NCBI GenBank assembly: GCA_018334055.1
Contig: JAGXSS010000040.1
Location: 13,407 to 77,406, forward strand
Length of the DNA stretch: 64,000 nucleotides
Direction: 5' to 3'
Source: Peptococcaceae bacterium
GTDB lineage: Bacteria; Bacillota; UBA994
The notes under the pieces were generated by a model. That model was not told the origin of the DNA and ran no database searches. It was given only the letters and a program-made list of their open reading frames with translations. Position numbers and translations under genes: made by a program. This document shows, piece after piece, positions 53,575 through 63,656 of the stretch (positions are counted from its first letter, which is position 1; every line of letters begins with the position of its first letter).

Positions 53575-54093
53575 TCAAAAAATGATGACGCCGGCGATTC
53601 CTGCCCCGATGAGTAACAGGATGGGGTTTAGTTTGGTCCGTAGCATGAGGGTTAGCGCCAAGACAGCAATCCCTGCGCTCTTAAAGTCAAGAATTGTCTG
53701 TCTGCCGACGGTTACAGCTGCCATGAAAATAAGAACCACAACGACCGGGCGAACAGCGGCTAAAGCACTTTTTAATAGGGGTGCACCCTGAAAACGCTGA
53801 ACAATGTAGGCCATGGTCATTACTGCCATGAGCGAAGGCACCACAATGCCTAGGTTGGCGGCAATGCCGCCGAGCAAGCCGCTCACTTTGTATCCAGCGA
53901 ATGTCGCCGCGTTAATGGCCACGGGACCCGGGGTAATTTCGGCGATAGCTAAGATATCGATAAATTGTTGTGCGGTCAGCCAGGCTTGATTGCGTACCAA
54001 TTCACGTTCAATGAGGGGGATCATTGCATAACCGCCCCCAAAACTAAAGGCGCCAATCGTGAAGAAGCTTATAAAAAGCTCAAGGTAGATCAT
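53575..54093 (-). CDS. Short-chain chromate transporter (ChrA half)
   Basis: F..IGAFSFGGGY, AE.TPGP.A.N. Confidence 0.88.
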   Translation of the reverse strand: MIYLELFISFFTIGAFSFGGGYAMIPLIERELVRNQAWLTAQQFIDILAIAEITPGPVAINAATFAGYKVSGLLGGIAANLGIVVPSLMAVMTMAYIVQRFQGAPLLKSALAAVRPVVVVLIFMAAVTVGRQTILDFKSAGIAVLALTLMLRTKLNPILLLIGAGIAGVIIF

Positions 54094-54662
54094 GGCCTAA
54101 CCCCCCGCCGCGACAGGAGTTGCTGGTGTAGGTAGCCAAAGAGAGCCGCGCCAGCAATGAGTATAGCCGGATGTATGTTGCTAACAAGGCTCACTCCCAG
54201 CGCCACCGCGGCGAGCATGATGTTAAAACGGTCAATGAGCACATTCCTGCCTATCCCTATGGCCGCAGCGAGGATGAGAGCGACCACTGCCGGACGAATG
54301 CCAAGGAAGAATTTAGTCAGGAGGAGAGGAGGCTCGGCAGCGGTGAGAGTGGCGGCCAGCACCGTGATTATGAGAAAAGATGGCAATACCACTCCGGCAA
54401 TAGCCACCGCTACCCCCGGTACACCGAGAAGTTTGTAGCCGGTAAAAATCGCGGTGTTGATGGCGATAGCACCCGGACTCGATTGGGCAATGGCTAGGAC
54501 GTCGACAAATTCATGTTCGCTTTGCCAACCCTGCCGATCCACAATTTCTCTCTGCATGACAGGCAACATGGCCAGACCGCCACCAAAGGTAAAAGCACCT
54601 ACTCTAAAAAAGCTCCAAAAAAGTGTGCTAAGGGTAGGGTTGCGAGGTGCAGGCAAGACCAT
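54090..54662 (-). CDS. Short-chain chromate transporter (ChrA half)
   Basis: F..GAFTFGGG.A, AQS.PG..A.N; start moved to ATG 54662 after AAGGAG. Confidence 0.88.
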   Translation of the reverse strand: MVLPAPRNPTLSTLFWSFFRVGAFTFGGGLAMLPVMQREIVDRQGWQSEHEFVDVLAIAQSSPGAIAINTAIFTGYKLLGVPGVAVAIAGVVLPSFLIITVLAATLTAAEPPLLLTKFFLGIRPAVVALILAAAIGIGRNVLIDRFNIMLAAVALGVSLVSNIHPAILIAGAALFGYLHQQLLSRRGVRP

Positions 54663-54790
54663 CACTCTCCTTAAATACATGCCCATTATAGCACATAGGG
54701 AGCGATTGACGTGAATTTTGGCTGGTAGCGGCAGGACTATGACCTTGTCCGGAGAACACATTACTTTAAGGAAACAAGAGGAGGGTATTT

Positions 54791-55642
54791 ATGGAGATTA
54801 AAAAAATAATGGTTGTCGGTGCAGGGCAAATGGGGAGTGGAATTGCGCAAGTTGCTGCCCAGAGCGGCTATGAGGTACTACTCTGCGATCTATCAGGGGA
54901 GGCTCTTACCCGTGCCCAAGCTGGTATAGCGAGACTCCTAGGTAAGGCGGTAGAAAAGGGCAGTCTTTCTAATGAGGAAAAGGGTGCTGTGCTATCACGC
55001 CTTACTGTGACCACGGAATTAGACAGGGCGGTGGAGGCTGACCTCGTCATCGAGGCGATAAACGAGAACGTCGATGTGAAAAAGGGTGTATTTTTAGAGC
55101 TCGATAAAACCTGTGCGCCACACACGATCCTGGCGAGCAACACCTCTAGTTTGTCATTGACACAGATAGGGGCTTTCACAAAGCGCCCACAAAAAGTCAT
55201 CGGGCTGCACTTCATGAACCCAGTGCCAATTATGCAGCTGGTTGAGGTCATCCGGGGCCATGCAACCAGCGACGAGACCGTAGCCGTAGCCAGGGAAGTA
55301 GTGCGCCGCCTAGGGAAGACGGGCATCCTTGTCAGCGACTACCCGGGCTTTGTGGTCAATAGATTGCTCCTGCCGATGATCAACGAGGCAGTCTTCAGTC
55401 TGCAGGATGGTGTAGCCAAGGCTGAAGACATTGACGCGGTCATGAAACTTGGCGCCCACCACCCGATTGGGCCACTCAGCCTCGCCGACCTTATCGGCCT
55501 TGATGTCTGCTTGGCCATCATGGAGGTGCTGCATCGCTCGCTTGGTGACAAGTATCGCCCCGCGCCTCTGCTGCGCAAGATGGTGCTTGCCGGTCACCTC
55601 GGGCGCAAGACCGGAAGGGGTTTCTTTAGTTACAGCAATTAG
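54791..55642 (+). CDS. hbd: 3-hydroxybutyryl-CoA dehydrogenase
   Basis: [48 protein letters not shown]. Confidence 0.93.
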   Translation: MEIKKIMVVGAGQMGSGIAQVAAQSGYEVLLCDLSGEALTRAQAGIARLLGKAVEKGSLSNEEKGAVLSRLTVTTELDRAVEADLVIEAINENVDVKKGVFLELDKTCAPHTILASNTSSLSLTQIGAFTKRPQKVIGLHFMNPVPIMQLVEVIRGHATSDETVAVAREVVRRLGKTGILVSDYPGFVVNRLLLPMINEAVFSLQDGVAKAEDIDAVMKLGAHHPIGPLSLADLIGLDVCLAIMEVLHRSLGDKYRPAPLLRKMVLAGHLGRKTGRGFFSYSN

Positions 55643-55673
55643 TAGCCGCCAGCGAGAATTTGGGGGAGATTTT

Positions 55674-57056
55674 TTGGCATTGACAGTAGAGTCCCTGCGA
55701 GGGAAGCGAGCGGCGGTGATGGGCATCGGACTAAGGAGCGGCGTGCCTCTCATCCGCTTCTTGGTGGATCGCGGCGCGAGGGTAACTGCTTGCGACCAGA
55801 AGACGCGCGAACAGTTGCATGATGCTCTCGATGCCCTCGGCGAGAGGGATGTCGAGTATATTTTAGGTGGCGAATACCTGGGTCGTTTGGAAGGGTTCGA
55901 CTTGCTGTTTAGAACCCCGGTCATGCGACCAGATTTACCTGAGATTGTAAAAGCGGTAGCCAAAGGTGCCTTGCTGACAAGTGAGACGGAGCTGGTCTTT
56001 GACTTGGCCAAAGCTCCGATTATTGCCGTCACCGGCAGTGATGGCAAGACGACTACCACATCATTGATTTTCGCGATACTGAGTGAGGCGGGCTACATGA
56101 CCTACTTGGGTGGGAACATTGGCCAATCCTTGGTTGAACAAGTAGAGGACATTCCGCCTTCGGCCCGCATAGTCTTAGAGTTATCTAGTTTTCAGCTCCT
56201 GCCCATGACCCAAAGCCCGGCTGTGGCCGTTGTTACTAATATTTCGCCTAATCACCTTGACGTTCATGCGAGCTACGCGGAATACATATCCGCCAAGGCC
56301 AATATTTGGCGTCATCAGGGCAGTGAGGACTACGTCATCTTGAATTATGATGACCTAACAACGCGTGCCATGGCCGGACATGTTCCCGGCAAGGTGGTTT
56401 TTTTCAGTCGCCGCGAGGCAGTCCCCTGTGGTGTGTTTGTGCGCGGCAGTAGTCTCGTGGCGCGGTGGCAAGGTGCAGAAGTACAGATTTGTGACATCAC
56501 CGGTCTCAGGCTCTTGGGGGGGCATAATATTGAAAACGTTGCGGCTGCAGCGGCGGTTGGTCTGGTTCAAGGCGTAGATCCAAGGATCATTGCGAGCGCA
56601 GTAACTTCATTTACACCGGTGGAGCACCGCTTAGAGTTAGTGCGTGAGCTTGATGGAGTGCGCTATTACAATGATTCAATCGCTTCAAGCCCTACTCGCA
56701 CTCTGGCAGGGTTAAGAGCCATTGGGGGGGATATCTTGCTTATCGCGGGGGGCAGTGATAAAAACGTACCTTTTGACGAGCTAGCCCTTGAGTTGGTCGA
56801 AAGGGTGCGGGCGGTGGCCCTTATAGGCTCTACCGCAGACAAACTTGCCATGGCCATTAAAGATGCCGAAAGAAAAAAGGGTAAAAAGGTAAAAAAAATC
56901 AACTTGCCCACCCTCCAGGCGGCAGTGGAATGGTGCAGGAGGCAAGCCGAACCAGGTTCTAGCATCATGCTATCCCCAGCTTGCGCCAGTTTTGACATGT
57001 TTCGCGATTTTGAAGACCGCGGTCGTAAATTTAAGAATATTGTAAAAGCGCTCTAG
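55674..57056 (+). CDS. murD: UDP-N-acetylmuramoyl-L-alanine--D-glutamate ligase
   Basis: VTGSDGKTTT, GGNIG, ELSSFQL, N.SPNHLD.H, HRLE, NDS, LSPACASFD.F. Confidence 0.93.
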   Translation: MALTVESLRGKRAAVMGIGLRSGVPLIRFLVDRGARVTACDQKTREQLHDALDALGERDVEYILGGEYLGRLEGFDLLFRTPVMRPDLPEIVKAVAKGALLTSETELVFDLAKAPIIAVTGSDGKTTTTSLIFAILSEAGYMTYLGGNIGQSLVEQVEDIPPSARIVLELSSFQLLPMTQSPAVAVVTNISPNHLDVHASYAEYISAKANIWRHQGSEDYVILNYDDLTTRAMAGHVPGKVVFFSRREAVPCGVFVRGSSLVARWQGAEVQICDITGLRLLGGHNIENVAAAAAVGLVQGVDPRIIASAVTSFTPVEHRLELVRELDGVRYYNDSIASSPTRTLAGLRAIGGDILLIAGGSDKNVPFDELALELVERVRAVALIGSTADKLAMAIKDAERKKGKKVKKINLPTLQAAVEWCRRQAEPGSSIMLSPACASFDMFRDFEDRGRKFKNIVKAL

Positions 57057-57080
57057 GCTTAGGATTTGTTTCATTTGCCA

Positions 57081-57109
57081 TTGCATTTGCTCTGCCAAGG
57101 CGCTATAAT
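57081..57109 (+). promoter_or_regulatory. SigA promoter for tRNA-Arg
   Basis: TTGCAT-N17-TATAAT. Confidence 0.7.
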
Positions 57110-57124
57110 GATTAAGTATCCTCT

Positions 57125-57199
57125 GCGCCCGTAGCTCAGTGGATAGAGCGCCGGACTCCGGATCCGGGTGCGGAGGTTCGATTCCTCTCGGGCGTACCA
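57125..57199 (+). tRNA. tRNA-Arg(CCG)
   Basis: Cloverleaf, anticodon loop CT-CCG-GA, TTCG, encoded CCA. Confidence 0.95.
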
Positions 57200-57246
57200 T
57201 GTCTAGATGTCAGAGGGCAGAGGTTGAAAATTAGTTGGCCAAGTGG

Positions 57247-57275
57247 TTGACGGACTGCTCCTCAACAGGTATACT
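57247..57275 (+). promoter_or_regulatory. SigA promoter for tRNA operon
   Basis: TTGACG-N17-TATACT. Confidence 0.75.
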
Positions 57276-57286
57276 ACTAAATGCGC

Positions 57287-57362
57287 GGGAGCATAGCTCA
57301 GCTGGGAGAGCACCTGCCTTACAAGCAGGGGGTCATAGGTTCGAACCCTATTGCTCCCACCA
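57287..57362 (+). tRNA. tRNA-Val(TAC)
   Basis: Cloverleaf, CT-TAC-AA loop, CCA. Confidence 0.97.
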
Positions 57363-57367
57363 CCTAT

Positions 57368-57443
57368 GGAGTCGTGGTGTAGCGGTAAACATGCCGGCCT
57401 GTCACGCCGGAGATCGCGGGTTCGATTCCCGTCGACTCCGCCA
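57368..57443 (+). tRNA. tRNA-Asp(GTC)
   Basis: Cloverleaf, CT-GTC-AC loop, CCA. Confidence 0.97.
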
Positions 57444-57454
57444 TTTAGCAAGAT

Positions 57455-57530
<76 letters not shown>

Positions 57531-57564
57531 TCCTTGTAGCTAAATAGCGGGATACCATTAACAA

Positions 57565-57639
57565 GCGGAAGTAGCTCAGCGGTAGAGCATCGCCTTGCCA
57601 AGGCGAGGGTCGAGAGTTCGAATCTCTTCTTCCGCTCCA
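57565..57639 (+). tRNA. tRNA-Gly(GCC)
   Basis: Cloverleaf, TT-GCC-AA loop, CCA. Confidence 0.97.
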
Positions 57640-57689
57640 TAAGTTCTTGGTCCCAGCTGCCGCCATGGCGGTTGGGGTTTTGATTTCGA

Positions 57690-57764
57690 GGCGGCATAGC
57701 CAAGCGGTAAGGCAGAGGTCTGCAAAACCTCTATTCCCCAGTTCAAGTCTGGGTGCCGCCTCCA
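57690..57764 (+). tRNA. tRNA-Cys(GCA)
   Basis: Cloverleaf, CT-GCA-AA loop, CCA. Confidence 0.96.
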
Positions 57765-57787
57765 AACTTTTATTAACTTTTATTTAT

Positions 57788-57876
57788 GCCGAAGTGGCGA
57801 AATTGGCAGACGCAAGGGACTTAAAATCCCTCGGTTCGTGAGGACCGTGCCGGTTCGATTCCGGCCTTCGGCACCA
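57788..57876 (+). tRNA. tRNA-Leu(TAA)
   Basis: Long variable arm, CT-TAA-AA loop, CCA. Confidence 0.96.
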
Positions 57877-57906
57877 CTATTATCAAGGCTTTTGGGCCTT
57901 CTAGGG

Positions 57907-57929
57907 AACCACCGAAAAGGTGGTTTTTT
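57907..57929 (+). terminator. Terminator of tRNA operon
   Basis: AACCACC-GAAAA-GGTGGTT-TTTT. Confidence 0.75.
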
Positions 57930-58057
57930 AGTTTTGGTTACCCGCTAGTTGCCCGTCTATCGTGGCGGGTGTGCGTTTCGGGAGAGAAGAAAAGAGGGAA
58001 AAGTAATGGGAAGGGAGAAGTAGTGGGTAACCTGCTTCTTAGAAGGGACGGTTTCAG

Positions 58058-60817
58058 GTGAACATACTTGAGTATAGCGACATTGACTATTCAAAAGTGA
58101 AGCGACAATACGAGAAGGTTGCCAGATGCCTAGAAAGGGATGACTTTCGCTCCGCTGCCGTAAAGAAGCTGTCGGAGCATGGGCTATACAGTGCTAGGCT
58201 CGATGATTCTAACCGCCTCATATTTAAGCTGGTTCAATATCAAGAGATGCGCTATGCCTTGTTGTTAGAGGTGGTTCTTAATCACGCCTACGACAAGTCC
58301 AAGTTTTTAAGGGGAGCCAAAGTCGACGAGGCGAAGATACCGCTCATTGAGTGCGAAGCAGAAATAGAAACGCAGTCTTTGCCGCAAGTTACCTATGTCA
58401 ATCCGGCAGATAAGCGCTTTCATTTCTTAGATAAGATAGTATCCTTCGACCCCGAGCAGCAAAACGTATACAATGCGCCTTTCCCGCTTATTCTGATCGG
58501 GCCTGCCGGTAGTGGTAAGACTGTCCTGACGCTCGAGAAGATGAAGCTGTTTCATGGGGAAGGTCTGTATGTCACCCTGTCGCCGTATCTTGCCGAAAGC
58601 GCGAGGAACCTCTATTACAGCAACCATTACGAAAATAAAGAGCAGGACATTTTTTTCCTCTCCTTCAGGGAATACTTGGAGACGATACGCGTGCCGGACG
58701 GCAGAGAGCTGAGCTATAGAACGTTCGCCGAGTGGCTGTCGCGATTCCCGAAACAGCAACGAGTGACAGACGCACATCGCCTCTATGAAGAGTTTCGCGG
58801 GGTGATCACGGGCTCTACCGTGGACAAGCCATACTTGAGCCGCGAGGACTACATCAATCTCGGCGTTAGGCAGTCCATCTACCTTGATACCGAGCGCGAA
58901 TTAGTCTACGGCCTCTTTGAAAAGTACCTAGTGCTGCTGCGGGACAACGGCCTTTATGACCCCAACATTCTTGCGCACGGGTACATCGGGGATGTTAAGC
59001 AGCAATACGATTTTGTAGTGGTCGATGAAGTCCAAGATATTACAAACATCCAACTTCAGCTTATCTTAAAGAGCCTTAAGAACCCTGCCCATTTTATGCT
59101 CTGTGGCGATTCCAACCAGATTGTCCACCCCAACTTCTTTTCCTGGAGCGGGTTAAAGTCTATGCTCTACAACAGCGCAGAACTTGAGAGCAAGAGAGTA
59201 ACGAGAGTCCTGCAGTCGAACTTCCGTAATTCCAGGGCTATAACCGACCTAGCGAACAGGCTTGTCCGGATCAAACAGAAGCGCTTTGGTTCCATTGATA
59301 AAGAGAGCACTTATCTTATGAACAGCCACGATGAAAAGTTGGGCGAAGTAGTGTTTCTGCGCGACACCGACAAGGTTAAGAGCCAAATGAACAACAGTAT
59401 AAGGCGTTCTGCTAAAGTTGCCGTAATTGTGATGCGCAATGAAGATAAGGATTTAGCCCGTAAGCACCTCGATACCCCTCTCTTGTTCACCGTGCAGGAG
59501 GCCAAGGGGCTAGAGTACGAGAAGGTTGTGCTGTTTAATTTTGTTTCCGGGGAGCGGCAGAGCTTTCAAGAGATAATCCGTGGGGTGGCCGAAGCAGACA
59601 TGGAAGGGGATATCCTCTACATGCGGGCTGCGGACAAAACGGACAAATCCCTAGAAATCTACAAGTTTTTCATTAATTCCTTGTATGTTGCCGTCACCCG
59701 TGCCGTTAACAAGCTTTATATAATCGAAAGCGATGCTGGACACCGGATGCTGCAGGTGCTCGGACTAGAGCGCCCCCTTGACCAACTAACCATGACCACA
59801 GAGCAGTCCACCAATGAAGAGTGGCAGGCGGAAGCCCGCAAGTTAGAGCTTCAGGGCAAGCAGGAGCAAGCCGATGAGATAAAACGCTCCATCTTAAAGA
59901 CACAACCGGTACCTTGGGAGTCTTTTACTGGCCAGCGAGTCATAGAGTTAGTCGCGCAGATATGCACGGCCAAAGATAATCCGCAAAGACCTCGCAAAGC
60001 TCTTTTTGAGTATGCTCTCTTTTACGATGCGCCTGCGCTCATTCGCTTCCTAAGCGCACACAACTATGACAAAGCACGGCTGATCTACTCGGTGCGTGAA
60101 GGAATGCCATTTTTCAACCTGCCCTTATATGAACAGCAAAAGGCGAATCTTGACGCCAAGCTTCTCCCGAAATACGCAGGGCATCTAGATAAAGAAGTTG
60201 TCAAGCAGTGTGGGGTCTACGGCATCGACCACCGCACGGAGCTTAACGTCACACCGTTAATGCTTGCCGCAAGGGCCGGCAATGCAGCCTTGGTTAAAAT
60301 GTTGTTGTCCGCAGGGGCCAACACGGATCTCACGGATAACTATGGGATGACGGCATGGCAAATTGCCCTACTCAGGACAATAACCAAGAAGGACTATGAA
60401 CCATCAAGGTTCTTCCAGATTAACGGCTTGCTTTCATTTTCTAGCGTAAGCCTCAAGGTTGAAGAAAAGCTGACCAAACTAAGCAACAATCAGGGTGAGT
60501 TTCTGCTCTTTCACGTTCTGTTTGTGTTGGTAATGCCTAAAATCAACCCGAAGCATCTAGGGCAGGTCACTATTAGCGCTGCTCACCTTGCTAAATACAT
60601 AGAGGCCTTGCCTGACAGCGTCATTGCCGACTACAGAAAGAAGCGGCAATACATATCAGGGCTTCTCTCCAAGAACGAGGTCAGCTCCGAGAATCCATAC
60701 AACAGAAAGCTCTTTACACGCGTACGACAAGGCTACTACATTCTAAACCCAGCGCTTTCGGTTCGCCACGGAGACGAATGGCTGCCTATTTACAGCTTCG
60801 CCGGCGCTGAGCTCTAG
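58058..60817 (+). CDS. Multidomain protein: RelE-like N-terminus, UvrD-like SF1 helicase, ankyrin repeat, probable C-terminal winged helix
   Basis: GPAGSGKT, VVDEVQD, GDSNQ, NFRNS, EAKGLEY, LYVAVTRA; TPLMLAARAGNAALVKMLLSAGAN; N-terminal VKKL...YSARLDDSNRLIF. Confidence 0.88.
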   Translation: MNILEYSDIDYSKVKRQYEKVARCLERDDFRSAAVKKLSEHGLYSARLDDSNRLIFKLVQYQEMRYALLLEVVLNHAYDKSKFLRGAKVDEAKIPLIECEAEIETQSLPQVTYVNPADKRFHFLDKIVSFDPEQQNVYNAPFPLILIGPAGSGKTVLTLEKMKLFHGEGLYVTLSPYLAESARNLYYSNHYENKEQDIFFLSFREYLETIRVPDGRELSYRTFAEWLSRFPKQQRVTDAHRLYEEFRGVITGSTVDKPYLSREDYINLGVRQSIYLDTERELVYGLFEKYLVLLRDNGLYDPNILAHGYIGDVKQQYDFVVVDEVQDITNIQLQLILKSLKNPAHFMLCGDSNQIVHPNFFSWSGLKSMLYNSAELESKRVTRVLQSNFRNSRAITDLANRLVRIKQKRFGSIDKESTYLMNSHDEKLGEVVFLRDTDKVKSQMNNSIRRSAKVAVIVMRNEDKDLARKHLDTPLLFTVQEAKGLEYEKVVLFNFVSGERQSFQEIIRGVAEADMEGDILYMRAADKTDKSLEIYKFFINSLYVAVTRAVNKLYIIESDAGHRMLQVLGLERPLDQLTMTTEQSTNEEWQAEARKLELQGKQEQADEIKRSILKTQPVPWESFTGQRVIELVAQICTAKDNPQRPRKALFEYALFYDAPALIRFLSAHNYDKARLIYSVREGMPFFNLPLYEQQKANLDAKLLPKYAGHLDKEVVKQCGVYGIDHRTELNVTPLMLAARAGNAALVKMLLSAGANTDLTDNYGMTAWQIALLRTITKKDYEPSRFFQINGLLSFSSVSLKVEEKLTKLSNNQGEFLLFHVLFVLVMPKINPKHLGQVTISAAHLAKYIEALPDSVIADYRKKRQYISGLLSKNEVSSENPYNRKLFTRVRQGYYILNPALSVRHGDEWLPIYSFAGAEL

Positions 60818-60861
60818 CAGTATGCCCTGTACCCTCTGGGGACCCGTTTTCTTTTTCTTTA

Positions 60862-60888
60862 GCAGGATTTTGCCAGTAGTTAAAGAAT
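60862..60888 (+). promoter_or_regulatory. SigH-type promoter
   Basis: GCAGGATTT-N11-AAAGAAT matches RnAGGAwWW-N11/12-RnnGAAT. Confidence 0.6.
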
Positions 60889-60932
60889 CATTGTCATTGT
60901 CATGGACTAGGTAAGTTAGAGGAGGTCCTATT

Positions 60933-62636
60933 ATGGCGGAGCGTGTGCCCATCAAGTTTGATAAGTATCATCTTTATGCCGAGTTGACCGATTATCTCCA
61001 CCAATATGCTCTGTTGTATCCTGATTTCTTGACGCTAGAATCTATCGGCAAGAGCCATGAGGGGCGTGAGGTGTGGGCAGCTACGATCACGAACAAGGCG
61101 ACGGGAAGCGAAGGCGAGAAGCCCGCGCTTTATGTTGATGCCAATATACACGCGGGGGAAGTAACTGGGGGAGCGGCTGCACTGTACCTCATCGACTACT
61201 TACTGACCAATTACTCAGTCAAGCGGGAGATTAAGGAACTACTTGACACGCGGACATTTTACATTTTGCCTCGCATCAACCCGGATGGAGTCGAGCTTTA
61301 CTTGACGACACCCAAACTCCTACGCAGTAGCGTGCGCCCATATCCAGATTTCCGTCAACATGAAGACCCGCCGGGTCTTTGTGAGGAGGATTTTAATCAC
61401 GATGGGCAAATTCTGCGGATGCGTTTGCGTGATGATAGACGCGGGGCTTGGCGCGCAGATTATGAAGACGCGCGCCTGATGGTGGAGCGTTCCCCCCTTG
61501 ATGTTTCGGGACCATTCTACCATTTGTTCTCTGAAGGAGTAGTTCGCGACCACCTTGGTAACTTAGTGGAGAAAGTTGAGTTGCCGTTTCCTCTTGTTCC
61601 GACTAAGTATGGCCTTGACCTTAACCGCAATTTTCCTTCAGGGTACAGCCCCCTAACCGCCGGCTCAGGTCCATTCCCGCTGTCCGAGCCAGAAACGCGC
61701 AATCAGGTGGAGTTTGTTAATAAGCATAAGAACATCGCCGGTGTCATCCTCTATCACACCTGGGGCGGCGTGCTGTTCAGGCCGCACAGTACCATACCAG
61801 ACAAGGATTTTGCCGGTGAGGACATCGCCCTGTATGAGGCCGTAGGAAAACTTGGCACTGATACGACCGGATATCCAGTGGTCTGTTGCTATGGTGATGT
61901 TTTTTCCGGTGTTTTTGATGATTGGTGCTTTGAGCAGCTTGGCTTGCTGGCGTATACGCCCGAATTATGGGACCCAATCGGCAGGGCAGCCCCTGATATG
62001 AAGGTCGATCCTCTCCAGAGGAAGAGTAAGGCAGACTGGCGCAAGATGGAGCTAAAACTTTTGCAGTGGAGTGATCGCGAACTGTGGGGCGAGGGCTTTG
62101 TCCCGTGGCACGAAGTTGATCACCCTCAATTCGGTAAAGTAGAGCTCGGTGGATGGCGGGTTAAGGAGTGTAGGCAGAACGCGCCATTACACCTGCTCAA
62201 AAGCGAATGCCACCGTATGACCTTGTTCTCACTCGCCTATGCTCGCGCACTCCCCGAGGTGCAGATTGACGAAATCAAGGTGGAGAAGTTGGCCGAGAAT
62301 ATGTTCAGCGTGCATGCAGTCGTCTCCAACCATAGCTACCTGTCTACTAATATCACGGAGCAGGCTAAGAAGCAGAGAGCGGTACGGGCGGACATTGTTC
62401 GCTTGGACTATCCTCCGCAGGTCGAGCTCATTAATTCGGAGCATCAGTATGAAATCGGCCATTTGCAGGGTTACCATGCCGGACAGCAGGTGTGGTACTA
62501 CCATGCGGCCCCGCCACAGAAAGGCATGGCTCGGGTCAGATGGAACCTGCGCACTGCGGGGAGCAGAGCGGAGGTCACGGTGACTTTAGTTTCCCAAAGA
62601 GGTGGCACTCGTAGGCAGACAGTAACGCTCTATTAA
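60933..62636 (+). CDS. M14 zinc carboxypeptidase
   Basis: NIHAGE (HxxE), NPDG.E, DLNRNFP, YHT.GG; no signal peptide seen. Confidence 0.9.
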   Translation: MAERVPIKFDKYHLYAELTDYLHQYALLYPDFLTLESIGKSHEGREVWAATITNKATGSEGEKPALYVDANIHAGEVTGGAAALYLIDYLLTNYSVKREIKELLDTRTFYILPRINPDGVELYLTTPKLLRSSVRPYPDFRQHEDPPGLCEEDFNHDGQILRMRLRDDRRGAWRADYEDARLMVERSPLDVSGPFYHLFSEGVVRDHLGNLVEKVELPFPLVPTKYGLDLNRNFPSGYSPLTAGSGPFPLSEPETRNQVEFVNKHKNIAGVILYHTWGGVLFRPHSTIPDKDFAGEDIALYEAVGKLGTDTTGYPVVCCYGDVFSGVFDDWCFEQLGLLAYTPELWDPIGRAAPDMKVDPLQRKSKADWRKMELKLLQWSDRELWGEGFVPWHEVDHPQFGKVELGGWRVKECRQNAPLHLLKSECHRMTLFSLAYARALPEVQIDEIKVEKLAENMFSVHAVVSNHSYLSTNITEQAKKQRAVRADIVRLDYPPQVELINSEHQYEIGHLQGYHAGQQVWYYHAAPPQKGMARVRWNLRTAGSRAEVTVTLVSQRGGTRRQTVTLY

Positions 62637-62711
62637 TTGGAATTGTCCTGCCGTATAGGCCATTTTGACGTCACATATACTACTTCTGAGCAAGAAGGGA
62701 GTGTGACGATC

Positions 62712-63605
62712 GTGGAAATTCTTTCAATTGGCATCACAGCTCCCACTGCTTCCCTGCGCCAAAGACTTGCGCGAGGGCTCAGGTCCTTCCTGGAAAAGGG
62801 AATTGCGGTGGAGATAAATGAAGTTGATGGAAAACCGTTTAATATCGTGACGCTCTCTTTGACAGCCCCAAATTGTAGCGCTTTCACCCAGCCAGATTTA
62901 TCTGAAATAGGGCGTCAATTCGCTGCACCTGTCTTAGCAGATTACTTGATTGAGGAGTGGTCGCTAGTCCTTCTGAAGCGCTTGATTGAAAAAGACTTCA
63001 GGTATTTTTCGCCAGATGAACAAGGTAAAATCATGTCGCTTGCCTATAGCCTGCTAAACTGCGAGAACATGTTGCAGTTGTCTCGGCAGAGCACCTTGCG
63101 TGAGCGCCTTACGGAGTTTATGGCGGACAACCGCCACATCAATCCAGAAGGTTTTTTGCGTTTTCGCCTGCCAGACTATTCGTCAGTATTGCGAGACGCC
63201 CTAGCTCAGGCGGTAGAAGAGTACTTGACCGAAAAGGAATATCAAGAGTTCGTGCGCCTCTTGCGGTATTTTGTTGAGATTCAAGAGCCTAAGCTTCCGC
63301 TAGTGCATGTGGTGATTGACACGGAAGGTTTTTGTCAGATCTATGACCGGAACTATTGCCCGTTGTATCATGAATACCTAGGAGGCTTTGATGAGGGCGA
63401 GGACCGTGAAGCAAGCTACGAAGACCTCGTTATCAGCGCCTTGATTACCCTCGCGCCGCACAAGGTAATTTTACATCGCGATGGGCGTAATCGGGCCGAC
63501 ATGTACAGCACTATTCGCCAAATATTTGAATCTAGAGTGGCGGATTGTCTCTCTTGCGATTTTTGCCATCGCACGACGGTTCTGCCTGGTGGTTACTTTA
63601 AATAG
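62712..63605 (+). CDS. ytxC: Putative sporulation protein YtxC
   Basis: EGFLRFRL..Y, E.EYQEFV.LL.YFV..QEPK, DL.IS.LIT.AP..V.LH, TI..IFE.RV..C..C. Confidence 0.88.
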   Translation: MEILSIGITAPTASLRQRLARGLRSFLEKGIAVEINEVDGKPFNIVTLSLTAPNCSAFTQPDLSEIGRQFAAPVLADYLIEEWSLVLLKRLIEKDFRYFSPDEQGKIMSLAYSLLNCENMLQLSRQSTLRERLTEFMADNRHINPEGFLRFRLPDYSSVLRDALAQAVEEYLTEKEYQEFVRLLRYFVEIQEPKLPLVHVVIDTEGFCQIYDRNYCPLYHEYLGGFDEGEDREASYEDLVISALITLAPHKVILHRDGRNRADMYSTIRQIFESRVADCLSCDFCHRTTVLPGGYFK

Positions 63606-63656
63606 TCGTGTAGCAAATGGAATTATAAGTCGCTAGACTAGTTGTGGAGGCTCATT

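Noticed and set aside
57651-57682. Hairpin with T-run between tRNA-Gly and tRNA-Cys
   Set aside because: Imperfect stem; such spacers are common processing or attenuation elements and nothing marks it as a separate RNA
57788-60900. Integrative element or prophage at tRNA-Leu
   Set aside because: No integrase or transposase, and no duplicated tRNA 3' end (att site) seen after the helicase
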